This document shows, piece after piece, positions 27,325 through 36,805 of a stretch of DNA of 55,851 bases; position 1 is the first letter of the stretch, and each line of letters begins with the position of its first letter. The notes under the pieces were generated by a model. That model did no database searches. It saw only the letters and a list, made by a program, of their open reading frames with translations, and was not told the DNA's origin. The stretch is taken from positions 1 to 55,851 of IMG/VR virus record IMGVR_UViG_3300025151_000004, one strand, 5' to 3'. The stretch is from a virus (Duplodnaviria; Caudoviricetes). The translations under genes were made by a program, and so were the position numbers.

Positions 27325-29154
27325 TTAATCTTGTGCGGCATCGGCTGGAATTGAAAGACCTGAGCCGCCTAATCCCAGCATACTCCGAAATATGTCTCGA
27401 CGGCTTATAAGAAGCTGTAGCTCATTGTCTAGGTCTTCTTGAGTTCGGCCCGTTACTGAGCCCCCCAATTCCATGAAACTCTCAAGCTCGTCAATAGTAG
27501 CGTCTATATCATCATCAATAATGCTGAGTTGATCTTCTAATTGCTCCCGACTAAGGGCTGCCATAGCAGACATGAAGTCCTGCTCATTAGCTGTTTCAAG
27601 AATATCAAGCTGTCTGCCTTCCAGATCCAAGGCCAGTTGTTTAAGGGCTTCTTCTCTACGTAGTGCGTCCTCTTCCTTCTTGGCCTGAAGGGCTGTGAGT
27701 CCGCCCGCACTGGCTGATCCTAACACGGATGCACCGGGTTGTGCCGCCGCCTGCATCATGGCAAGACCGGCTGTTATGAGGTCTTCATAATCAAAGCCTC
27801 TATCTTCTACTTCAGCCGCCACGCCGTCGTCAGCACCGTCATCAGCACCGTCATCTGTATCTGGTTCTGGTTCGGTCACGTCTTCATCTGCGGCCATAAT
27901 TTCAGCCAGAAGAGGCGTCATTGCTGCATCAGGATCAGATCTGGGTCCGGGCACATCCGATGCTGCCATTGATTCTCTTATTTCTTCTTTCCTCTCTAGT
28001 GTTTCACCCAGAGGAAAATACGATAACAGTTCATAAACTTGGGTAGTAATATTTTCATCGTCACCAAAGCCAGATTCAAGCTGTGAAGTAAGAAAATCTA
28101 GCAGCACCTGCGAACTACTTTGTCCGTCTGCTGCTGCGGCATTTATAGCGAGAAGTTGTTCTACTCCCTCTTTTAGACTAACACCATCGGGAGAACCATC
28201 CTGATACTTTAAGTCATCAGAAACCTCACCGCCATCTTTTAAAAACATACCGGCCAGCATTCCTCCGGGTCCAAACGCACCACCTGATCCAAGCATGCCA
28301 AGGCCTGTCAAGCCTAGACCACCTATCTGTCCCGCTACGGATGGGGGCTGACCAAAGGTGGATGATAGGGTTGCTCCGGGGACCGTGGCACCACCTAGAA
28401 GACTCTGTAAGCCAGATGCCTGTGCCAGCGGATACTGGCGTTGTGTGAGGAAGTCCTGATATGCAATGTCAAGGGCACCCTGACGTTCAGCACGTTCTCT
28501 CTCACCAGCAAGTTCAGCCTCTTTGAGTCCTGTGGTTAGAGTCTGCTGTAGCCCGCTACCCAAGGCTGCTAACTGTGGAGCCGCTTTGGCTGCTGCACTC
28601 CTATCGGCGACAAGCTGGGCTAGGGCACTCTCATAGGCCCGCTGTGATCCCGTGGCCTGAATGTCTGCCAGATTCTTCTGAATGTTTCTCTCTGCTTCTG
28701 CTTGCTGAAGGCCCTGACGTGAACCACCAAAAGCACCTGCCCTTGTTGCCTGAGAAGCCAGTTCTTTACGCTGGATGTCCCCCTGTCTCCGGGCTTCTTT
28801 CAGGGCAACGTCAGTGACAGCCTGTTGGAACGGGGACATGAATGGGGTAATATCCGCCCCGGCTAACTGGGTTGCACCAAGTCTGGCCTGTTCCAAAGCT
28901 TCGGTATAAGAGGGTGCCGCAATAGATGCGAGGCCGCTAAACCCTTCACGGGCTTCACGCTGTGATGGGCCAGCAAGGGCCTGACGTGGACCACCATAAG
29001 GCTGATATTCTTCAAAAGCTGCCTCACCTGCACGTAAAAGATTAGCCTGCTGAAGACGGTTATACCAATCAGGATAATTCGTCGTGGCTGTTGTTCTTTG
29101 CTGCTCTTGAGAGGCAGACCCTCCTGTGCCAAAAAGGCTATCTAAAAATCCCAT
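27325..29154 (-). CDS. internal virion / DNA pilot-like protein
   Basis: MGFLDSLFG start, Gln/Ala-rich helices, AGAFGGSR motif, acidic C-half. Confidence 0.65.
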   Translation of the reverse strand: MGFLDSLFGTGGSASQEQQRTTATTNYPDWYNRLQQANLLRAGEAAFEEYQPYGGPRQALAGPSQREAREGFSGLASIAAPSYTEALEQARLGATQLAGADITPFMSPFQQAVTDVALKEARRQGDIQRKELASQATRAGAFGGSRQGLQQAEAERNIQKNLADIQATGSQRAYESALAQLVADRSAAAKAAPQLAALGSGLQQTLTTGLKEAELAGERERAERQGALDIAYQDFLTQRQYPLAQASGLQSLLGGATVPGATLSSTFGQPPSVAGQIGGLGLTGLGMLGSGGAFGPGGMLAGMFLKDGGEVSDDLKYQDGSPDGVSLKEGVEQLLAINAAAADGQSSSQVLLDFLTSQLESGFGDDENITTQVYELLSYFPLGETLERKEEIRESMAASDVPGPRSDPDAAMTPLLAEIMAADEDVTEPEPDTDDGADDGADDGVAAEVEDRGFDYEDLITAGLAMMQAAAQPGASVLGSASAGGLTALQAKKEEDALRREEALKQLALDLEGRQLDILETANEQDFMSAMAALSREQLEDQLSIIDDDIDATIDELESFMELGGSVTGRTQEDLDNELQLLISRRDIFRSMLGLGGSGLSIPADAAQD

Positions 29155-31238
29155 TATTTCTTCCTTTTCAAACTCTCAACGAGTTCATAGATAATATCTT
29201 GTCCAGCTTTGTTCGCATCGCCTTCACGGGCACCTGTCATGAGTCCAAGATTTGTTATAGCATCACGGGGGATAACGTATTCCTTGTTTGAAACACGGGC
29301 TGGAACAGAGTTAAAGGGGTTCTGGAGATTGTCCATCTTGCCTGCGATTCCACCACCACCGGCATAGACACGGGTATTGATAGCGTCATCACGGGGACCA
29401 CCGGGACCACGGATCATACCATCATAGTTCCGGTTTCCCGTTAATTTCTTGGATAGGCTTGCAAGGCCACCCTCATTACCCTTTACTGCATGGGCAGGAA
29501 CAACGTGATCACCTTCGACCAAAGGGAGTGCGTCTGTGCGTCCACGGACTGAGCCACCGTCTTTCATGCCTGTCATTTCGGAGGGACGGCGGTTTTCATA
29601 AAGTTCATTAAGTTTATCCTCTGTCATGCTATTAACAATGTCATGGGATTGCCGTCCGGTGAGACCCATAGATCTAAGAATATTGTAAGCAAACGCTCGT
29701 GTAACCCCTGTACCTTCAGGGTAATTCGGAGACGTTGCATACAATTCCAAATAACGCTGATCTGCCCTGTCTTCGAGGCGTTTCTCATCTTCAGTAACAT
29801 CAATTTGTTCCTGATACTTTTGCAATAGTTGTTCAGTAATATGCTGTGGATACCAGTCCTCAAGAGGTACACCCATACCAAGGCGTTTCTCATCTTCAGA
29901 TAAGTTGGCACGATCTATGATCTTTGACATTTTTTGTTCTTTATAAGACTCTCCACCTTCTGTGGGAAATGCCTCTTCTTCCCCGATCATTCGAGTCCTC
30001 TGTGCAATCGAATCAATATCTAGGACTGAACCCCCGTCTTTCAGACCCAACGCCTCAAGATCAGCTTTTAAGTTTTCTGCCACACCGGGCGGACTAGGCT
30101 GAATGTTCGGGAAAGCCTCAGCCATAGCCCTCTCTGATAATTCTTGAGACTGCTCATTAAATAAAGCAAGCTCAGCAGGACTCATTCCATCTACAATTTT
30201 TTGGGCGTCTCGTGGGAAAAGACCCTGCGACCTAAAATATTCGTAGGGGGCTATTCGTAAGTTATCATTATTGTCACGATATTCCTGAACAATTACAGTA
30301 TCTAATTGAGTGTTCTCTTCCACAGAAGGAATACGACCAAGCTGTCCTAGGGAGGATGGTCTTTCTACTTCAATTTCAGGAGTAAGAGCTTCTGGAATAA
30401 TATTTATAGGCTCATTATTTCTTATATCCCCGATACGTGTAGGCATAGGGCGAAGGTTAACGCTACGGGGCTCACTTAGCCTATCCCCGATACGTGTAGG
30501 CATAGGGCGAAGGTTAACGCTACGGGGCTCACTTAGCCTATCCCCGATACGTGTAGGCATAGGAGGGTTAACGCCACGGGGCATCAGACCACCGGGTTGA
30601 AACTGTGCACCCTCACGCATGGCCATTGCTGGGGAAATAGCCCCTGCTTCACGAGCCATCTCCAGTCTTTCAGCCTGTTGTCCTGTGGGCTTATCCTCGA
30701 TAAGCATAAGATCTTTGAGCATGTTACCAAATTTTGCCACGTCAGTCTGAACCTCTGATTGACCGGGGCGATTAAAGCTTTCACCTGCACGGCCACCCTC
30801 GACAAATTTTTCAGGGGTTCTGGACATAAGACCAAGTTCTCTGATAATGCCGGATAGCCCACCCGGTGTGCCTGATAAATCTCCAAATTCTGGGAAGGAG
30901 GAACGATAACTAAACTGGCGCTGCTCGGGGGCAATGCCAAATCTGGAAAGGGCTTCTTGTGCTTCGATCCCACCAAGTGCAATCCTTTGAAGATCAGAGA
31001 AGTAATTCTGTAAATCAGCAGCTTCACGGAGGGCTGAAATTTCAGGGGCTGCGGCGGGGATTCCGGGAATCTTCTCTTCTTCCTCAATCCTATTTAATCG
31101 AGCCGCACCTTCGGGACCGCCTGATCTACCTGCGGTTACATCCCTTTGACCTCGCCGACCACGGGCTTTACCAACCGCACCATATGCGCCCATTCCTATG
31201 TTACCTACTCTACCTGAATCTGGTCCACCGCCGCTCAT
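29154..31238 (-). CDS. internal virion protein with repeats
   Basis: 694 aa; GPGGPRDD..ARVSNKEYVIP module; several KDGGSV motifs. Confidence 0.65.
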   Translation of the reverse strand: MSGGGPDSGRVGNIGMGAYGAVGKARGRRGQRDVTAGRSGGPEGAARLNRIEEEEKIPGIPAAAPEISALREAADLQNYFSDLQRIALGGIEAQEALSRFGIAPEQRQFSYRSSFPEFGDLSGTPGGLSGIIRELGLMSRTPEKFVEGGRAGESFNRPGQSEVQTDVAKFGNMLKDLMLIEDKPTGQQAERLEMAREAGAISPAMAMREGAQFQPGGLMPRGVNPPMPTRIGDRLSEPRSVNLRPMPTRIGDRLSEPRSVNLRPMPTRIGDIRNNEPINIIPEALTPEIEVERPSSLGQLGRIPSVEENTQLDTVIVQEYRDNNDNLRIAPYEYFRSQGLFPRDAQKIVDGMSPAELALFNEQSQELSERAMAEAFPNIQPSPPGVAENLKADLEALGLKDGGSVLDIDSIAQRTRMIGEEEAFPTEGGESYKEQKMSKIIDRANLSEDEKRLGMGVPLEDWYPQHITEQLLQKYQEQIDVTEDEKRLEDRADQRYLELYATSPNYPEGTGVTRAFAYNILRSMGLTGRQSHDIVNSMTEDKLNELYENRRPSEMTGMKDGGSVRGRTDALPLVEGDHVVPAHAVKGNEGGLASLSKKLTGNRNYDGMIRGPGGPRDDAINTRVYAGGGGIAGKMDNLQNPFNSVPARVSNKEYVIPRDAITNLGLMTGAREGDANKAGQDIIYELVESLKRKK
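30425..30563. repeat. 57-bp in-frame tandem repeat (2.4 copies)
   Basis: units start 30425, 30482, 30539; encodes PMPTRIGDRLSEPRSVNLR. Confidence 0.9.
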
Positions 31239-31257
31239 TAGTAAATTCCTCCGTTTA

Positions 31258-31545
31258 TCATCCTATAATACCTTTTAGTTTAAGATCCTGCAATAAAGTC
31301 CCCAGTGCATTAGCCACCACAGAGACCGATATTTGCCCAGCACTTACATCATATGTCCTATTCACAGATACATTTGAAAGAACATAGGGTTGCTGAGAAG
31401 CAGCTTGAATATTACTTTGGTTATCTCTTTGTTCCAGATTTCTTATAAGCTGCGACCACGCAGCCTTCATCTCAGGAGTTGACGTATTTGGTGCGCTCGG
31501 ATATCTTACAAAGAAATGACCTGATTTACCTACATCTATAGCCAT
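31258..31545 (-). CDS. small virion-associated protein
   Basis: 95 aa, coupled to upstream tail gene. Confidence 0.65.
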   Translation of the reverse strand: MAIDVGKSGHFFVRYPSAPNTSTPEMKAAWSQLIRNLEQRDNQSNIQAASQQPYVLSNVSVNRTYDVSAGQISVSVVANALGTLLQDLKLKGIIG

Positions 31546-33383
31546 TATCGTTTACCATCAGGAACCAGATCAAGTCTGAATGTGCCAAGTCTCCATGACG
31601 TACCCACGGCACTTGTAGATATTTTAAGGTTGGCCTGTCTCCCACGAAGTCTGATGTTCTGAAATCTTGTCGAGGCGCTCACAACAAAGGGGCCTTTTGA
31701 AACCGTGGTTGCTGTCGGATATTGTTTAGTCCCCATAAGGATATTCACCTCGGGATCATTGTTATTCCCACCGGGATCTGAGAGTTGGAAATCAGGGATA
31801 AACTTATCAGCAAAAAGAAGCTCATCACCATCACCCAAATCAAAGTCGGCGCTCTGGACAAATGATTCATAGCCGATAACTTGGTTATCTCCGATTACAG
31901 CATGGTATGTGTTCTCAGGCTCATTATTATAAAGATAGGAGTTTGTAGCGGAAACACCTGTGGTAATAATGCTATCAAAGATTCCCTCTCCGAAATCCCA
32001 TGTCGTCCAGTATGCTGATCCATAAACCCAATAGTTCTCCACCGGGCTGTAAGAAACATAACGATCACATTCTTCAGAATCGGAGGAGGGATATACCCAC
32101 GTCACCTCAGAAAATTCTGGATTGATTCCGCAGAATACCTTTTCTTTCTGTGAAAAATTAAAATCATTGAAAACATATTTCCTTACAGAAGAAGGAAGAA
32201 CCTGAACCGTACCATTGAATACAAAGAAATTACTGTCGCCCATCCAATAAAGAGACCCATTGAAATCCTTTGCAGCATGGGGTGAGATAGAACCACAGCG
32301 ATCACCAAGAATATCTGTGGAGAAGATATAGGGTTGACCTACATAAGCCATGCCATATAGGGCTGAATCTGTTAGGATAAGAACGCCGCCCCTAGAATAG
32401 ATGCCCTGTTGAATCTGGGTACCGCTTTGAATACGGAAGTCACCGGCTGCATTTGTCACAGTAGGTGTCCATACATCGTAATCTTCCTGATCAGACCATC
32501 TGATAAGCATGGGATCGAAATTACCGGTGATGTCGTTACAACCCATGGCAATCACATGGCGGGATTGTTCTGAAACAATGACACTATTAACGGAAACAGG
32601 GGCAGCAGAGACTAGGTAAGCTCGTGTGTCTGTACCTGATGTTGCATCCCAGAGATAAATAGATCCACCTCGTGGATTTGCTAAGAGATCTTCGCCGAAT
32701 GTATCGAAACTCCAGTTCCTCATATTAAGAATAATATTTGTTGTGGATGCGGGCGTACCATAGGTTCCTGTACCATATGATCCAGCACCCCAACCAAACC
32801 CGTTAGAATTATTCTGTGCACCTGATTTTAAAAGGAAATTAATACGAACATCACCAGTATTAGCTGAGGTAGCGGCTGCTGCCGAAGTGTATGCGAATGT
32901 AAAATGATTTGCGTCAGAAACTGTTGCGATTGTAAATGTTGAATTAAGAAAAACATTACCACCGATTGTCGCAGCCATGCTCGTAAATACAACCCGATCA
33001 CCTGCTGCACGGGTATGTCCAGTCAGTGAAACAGAGATATTTGAACTACCAGAAGTGGTACCTAGTTGATTTGTCAGAGGTGTGCTGGTTGTAATAGGGG
33101 TGATATCAGAAATGGCACCCCCTTGATAAATCTGTAAGGCATTATCAGTTCCCCATGCAATATAGTTTTTTCGATCTAGCCCTGACCATATCTCAATATC
33201 ACGGGGTGTTCCTTCAAGGGCAGTTGTTGATCTTTTGTTCCAACCTCTTATATTTTCAGGATTGCCGTTTCTAAAACGAATACGATTACCATCATACCAG
33301 CCACCCTCGGCTTCGTATTGTGTATCATCACGAAGAATGGTAGGGGCAAATTTAAAACGAGTTGTAATTGTATCTGTTGACAT
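31545..33383 (-). CDS. tail nozzle / tubular protein B-like (stabilisation) protein
   Basis: 612 aa beta-rich, IRWSDQED, C-terminal WRLG..RLD..PDGKR typical of podovirus nozzles. Confidence 0.7.
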   Translation of the reverse strand: MSTDTITTRFKFAPTILRDDTQYEAEGGWYDGNRIRFRNGNPENIRGWNKRSTTALEGTPRDIEIWSGLDRKNYIAWGTDNALQIYQGGAISDITPITTSTPLTNQLGTTSGSSNISVSLTGHTRAAGDRVVFTSMAATIGGNVFLNSTFTIATVSDANHFTFAYTSAAAATSANTGDVRINFLLKSGAQNNSNGFGWGAGSYGTGTYGTPASTTNIILNMRNWSFDTFGEDLLANPRGGSIYLWDATSGTDTRAYLVSAAPVSVNSVIVSEQSRHVIAMGCNDITGNFDPMLIRWSDQEDYDVWTPTVTNAAGDFRIQSGTQIQQGIYSRGGVLILTDSALYGMAYVGQPYIFSTDILGDRCGSISPHAAKDFNGSLYWMGDSNFFVFNGTVQVLPSSVRKYVFNDFNFSQKEKVFCGINPEFSEVTWVYPSSDSEECDRYVSYSPVENYWVYGSAYWTTWDFGEGIFDSIITTGVSATNSYLYNNEPENTYHAVIGDNQVIGYESFVQSADFDLGDGDELLFADKFIPDFQLSDPGGNNNDPEVNILMGTKQYPTATTVSKGPFVVSASTRFQNIRLRGRQANLKISTSAVGTSWRLGTFRLDLVPDGKR

Positions 33384-33394
33384 TTTATGTTATC

Positions 33395-33607
33395 TCATCG
33401 TGGAAAATAAAAAAAGACTTGAGAAATAAAGCCACCAAGAGTTGCTGAAAAGCCGGATATCATCATTAATGTTTTCCATCCTCCCTGCGCCTCTGAAAGA
33501 GTATTTAAAATTTTACGAGTATCCTTACGCACCTCACTTAGTTCTTTTTCAAGTAAAGCAATCCTAGCTTCCATGTTACCAAGTTCCCTATCTGTAAAAT
33601 TAACCAT
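33395..33607 (-). CDS. small coiled-coil protein with C-terminal TM segment
   Basis: 70 aa, heptads then hydrophobic tail. Confidence 0.65.
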   Translation of the reverse strand: MVNFTDRELGNMEARIALLEKELSEVRKDTRKILNTLSEAQGGWKTLMMISGFSATLGGFISQVFFYFPR

Positions 33608-34739
33608 TGATTGTTAACCATGATGCAAGAGTATAGCGAGTTCCAGAAATAATCTTCTCAACACTGTGCATAATAGATTCTCCTCTAAATACAATTAATT
33701 CCCCGGCATGTCCTCTTATTCCCATATTAATCTCTGGAAACATTAATTCGCCGCCTTTATAATCATCATTAAGGTATACTATAGCAGCAAAGTGTCTATT
33801 AGGAAATTCCTTGTATTTCCCCAAATCATCATGGACTAACATCTCATCCCCCTCATTCCATTTTACAATATTTGTATCCATAATTGAGAGATTTAATCCA
33901 GTCTCCTGTCGGGCAAATTGAACTATCCTTTCTTCTATAACCCCTTTATTTGAATCGAGGGCTGACCAGCAAACCCTGTTCTGCCACTGAGAAGTATCAT
34001 CGGGATTCTCGGCTACCCAATTTCTAATTAAAAAATCACATTCATCTTTATCTAAGAAAGATTCTTTAGAGTAGATGCCATTACTTTCAAGTATTTTGAA
34101 ACTATCTGAATAGTCTATAACAGGGGAAGACCGAACAAATCTTCGTGCTTTCTTAAAGTAGTCTTTGGTCCAGTCATCAGTTTTACCCCGTTTATCAGAA
34201 ATAACTTCTCTTTCATCCTTAACACTTTCTGGTTCAGGCATTTTATAAATCTTAGTATTCTCTATAGCCCCCGTATTAATGGGAATGATTCGGGCAAGCT
34301 GGGTTCCCTTGGGAATAGTGGTCTTCCCTTTGTTAACAACACGGATTGTCAGAAACCATGGATAGGATAACCAATCAGTCTCGATGATTGCGGACATTGT
34401 TTGAATATCGGTATTATCGGAGTTAGGTACTGGCATAACCATGAGGTTAATATTCTTATCAGTACGCCAAATATATCCGGGGTCTAGTGTAAAAGTACCC
34501 ATACCAAAATGGCTTTTAGCACCAGCGCCTTCAATGACTGTTAGATTATCTTGATAGACACCACCGTCCCATTCCACGACAACTGTCTCATTTAGAACAA
34601 GATCCCAGCCGACAGTATTAGCACATGTTAGTGGGGTACACTTATACGCATGTGGAATAAACCAATCTCTTGTTTTAGTTGCGGGTATTATATCTACTGA
34701 TTTAACTGAATCAGAAACTACCGGATAAACTTGTATCAT
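33600..34739 (-). CDS. DUF6065-like domain fused to 2OG-Fe(II) oxygenase (prolyl 4-hydroxylase-like)
   Basis: HAYKCTPLTCAN..GW N-domain; HDD, YLNDDYKGGEL.F, H.V..I.SG.RY C-domain. Confidence 0.8.
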   Translation of the reverse strand: MIQVYPVVSDSVKSVDIIPATKTRDWFIPHAYKCTPLTCANTVGWDLVLNETVVVEWDGGVYQDNLTVIEGAGAKSHFGMGTFTLDPGYIWRTDKNINLMVMPVPNSDNTDIQTMSAIIETDWLSYPWFLTIRVVNKGKTTIPKGTQLARIIPINTGAIENTKIYKMPEPESVKDEREVISDKRGKTDDWTKDYFKKARRFVRSSPVIDYSDSFKILESNGIYSKESFLDKDECDFLIRNWVAENPDDTSQWQNRVCWSALDSNKGVIEERIVQFARQETGLNLSIMDTNIVKWNEGDEMLVHDDLGKYKEFPNRHFAAIVYLNDDYKGGELMFPEINMGIRGHAGELIVFRGESIMHSVEKIISGTRYTLASWLTING

Positions 34740-35485
34740 ATTAATTTTACGACGTACCTATTTCCATAGTCTGGGGGATCAGAACGAATTGGGATATCTA
34801 AAATCATCTCATAATCTGATGATGGCAGTGTTGCAAAACTGTTTGTTTCTTCAACAAGACTTTTTGAAGCTATGATAACTTCTTTTCCAGACTCTTTCAA
34901 AAACTTCCCCAAATTCACATTGCCATCGGCAAAGTCATCATAGAAAACACGGGACATAATATAGGTATCATAGGACATATCAATAGATTCTTCTGTGGCC
35001 ATCTCTTGATAAAATAAGACATCATAATCAAATAATATAAAGTTACAGGCAGATATCATGGCTGATTCTTCCATGGGTTCATACACACAATTCACGCTTC
35101 CCAGAAGATGGGTAATAATTGTGGATGTTCCAGATCCACATCCTATATCACACACCCTCTTGTCTTTCCAGAAATCTGTTTGATCACCCTTGAGCCATGC
35201 ATACTTAATGATTTCCTCATTTGTCCATTCTGAATTGGGATCGGTGAAGGGAGGAGTAGGTTCCATATCTTTGTCCCAACCAAGATATGATAAACCTTGG
35301 ATAATACTGGGAAGGAGAGGTCGTCCCTGAACACATCGGATTCTTTCAAGGTCGTTATACAGGACATTAAGAACAGATTCTCGATTAACAGTTTCAGTTT
35401 CAAAGTAATCAGAGACCAGAGTTTTCCAATCAGGTAGAATAGTATTCTCTAAGACTGCTTCTAGTTTTTCAGCATATGTGGGCAT
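34736..35485 (-). CDS. class I SAM-dependent methyltransferase
   Basis: VCDIGCGSG motif I. Confidence 0.75.
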   Translation of the reverse strand: MPTYAEKLEAVLENTILPDWKTLVSDYFETETVNRESVLNVLYNDLERIRCVQGRPLLPSIIQGLSYLGWDKDMEPTPPFTDPNSEWTNEEIIKYAWLKGDQTDFWKDKRVCDIGCGSGTSTIITHLLGSVNCVYEPMEESAMISACNFILFDYDVLFYQEMATEESIDMSYDTYIMSRVFYDDFADGNVNLGKFLKESGKEVIIASKSLVEETNSFATLPSSDYEMILDIPIRSDPPDYGNRYVVKLI

Positions 35486-36132
35486 TACTTAAACACTCCT
35501 GTATAGTTTAGAGATTTTAGTATACTCTTATCTAGCTTGTCTTCTATAATACGGGACATAGCGGGTGTCATATTATACGACATATAGGGGCTCAGAGCCA
35601 TTTCTTTTCTTTCGGGCGTAAATTCAAAAGAGCCATAAACTTTAGATGGGATGTTATAAGATTCTAAAAACATAATATTATTTAATGTCTCTTCTGGGTT
35701 ACTGATAAGGTCGGTATACTTTACATATTTGATTGATGAATTAAAAGGGTTAGATAACCAAAAAGTAAAGAACCTGTTATAAAGATCGCAGATATTTTCT
35801 AAACTATATGCTTTATATTCTTCGATAATATCAGGAGTATCATGTAATGTTTTAGATGTGGCGCACCTTAGTTTTGTGTGCCCCTTCTCATAACCAACCT
35901 TGTAGTAGACACCAAGTTCCCATGATTGAGAGATAATACTATCAATCCACTTATAAGGTGATTTATGGATAATAACTCTGTCTATACCCCTGATATGTTT
36001 TGGAATATCATGGGGGACAAACTCATGTTTATATCTTGTGTACTTATTATTCTTATCAAGTATAGTCTGTAGATAATTAGTCCCAGATCTATAGAGACCG
36101 CATACTAAAACGGAAGTTTTATTCCCTGCCAT
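35485..36132 (-). CDS. sulfotransferase-like P-loop protein
   Basis: GLYRSGTNYL (5'-PSB-like), KSPYKWIDS (3'-PB-like), VKYTDL. Confidence 0.7.
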   Translation of the reverse strand: MAGNKTSVLVCGLYRSGTNYLQTILDKNNKYTRYKHEFVPHDIPKHIRGIDRVIIHKSPYKWIDSIISQSWELGVYYKVGYEKGHTKLRCATSKTLHDTPDIIEEYKAYSLENICDLYNRFFTFWLSNPFNSSIKYVKYTDLISNPEETLNNIMFLESYNIPSKVYGSFEFTPERKEMALSPYMSYNMTPAMSRIIEDKLDKSILKSLNYTGVFK

Positions 36133-36800
36133 TTAACATCTCGAATATCATCTGTCCTGCACCATTGAGAAATACCAACAAAACCATCAACTATGTATCC
36201 CCCACCAGACTGTATTAAGAGGCCGTAAATAATTTCTTCAGGATCTTGTTCAGAGTCCCACATTGCTTGGGTAGTCTCCCAACCATCTATCGTGGCAAAA
36301 TCATATTGTTCCCCATAAAGAAGGGGCATTGTGGCTTTACCAATATGCTCGTAATCATAAGGGCTCTCCCCCGGAAAGTTCTCCTCAGAAGATTCATCAT
36401 AACCCCTATCTTCCAGCAACCACCAGTTATAATTATAAACACCCCATCGTTCAACACCATTATTATCTCTGATCCATAAGTCATGATCATCGCTAAAACG
36501 AAGTGGTTTATAGGCTCCTTGTCTGTAGATACTCATCATACGCCTGCCCTTGGAAACTGGGACAGGTTTATTTTCTACAACATCCGCAATTTTTCCAGAC
36601 AGAGTATAGACAGGATCACCTACCTGTATATCCTTAATCTCCTTCCACTTATAATCAGCCATCAATACACAAGTGTCCCCCGCAAAACAAGTCATGGGTG
36701 GAGGCGGAGGTGGCGGGGGTGGAGGCGGAGGGGGCGGAGGAGGTGGCGGTGGTGGGGGTGGTGGTGTAAGAAGCCCTCCTACTAGGATAATGTCAGGCAT
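36105..36800 (-). CDS. polyproline (23 Pro) peptide fused to Hint (Hedgehog/intein) domain
   Basis: Pro13-35, then CFAGDT..IKDIQVGD block A, SDDH block B, YGL...YIVDG terminal strands; AAGGA RBS. Confidence 0.8.
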   Translation of the reverse strand: MPDIILVGGLLTPPPPPPPPPPPPPPPPPPPPPPPMTCFAGDTCVLMADYKWKEIKDIQVGDPVYTLSGKIADVVENKPVPVSKGRRMMSIYRQGAYKPLRFSDDHDLWIRDNNGVERWGVYNYNWWLLEDRGYDESSEENFPGESPYDYEHIGKATMPLLYGEQYDFATIDGWETTQAMWDSEQDPEEIIYGLLIQSGGGYIVDGFVGISQWCRTDDIRDVKWQGIKLPF

Positions 36801-36805
36801 ATCCT

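Noticed and set aside
33600-34739. TET/JBP-type 5mC oxidation and DNA glycosylation pathway with the C5-MTase and GTs
   Set aside because: Oxygenase motifs are P4H-like, and the gene lies in the tail operon far from the MTase; not excluded but unsupported
36105-36800. Mobile intein
   Set aside because: No homing endonuclease, no terminal His-Asn and no conserved host protein interrupted
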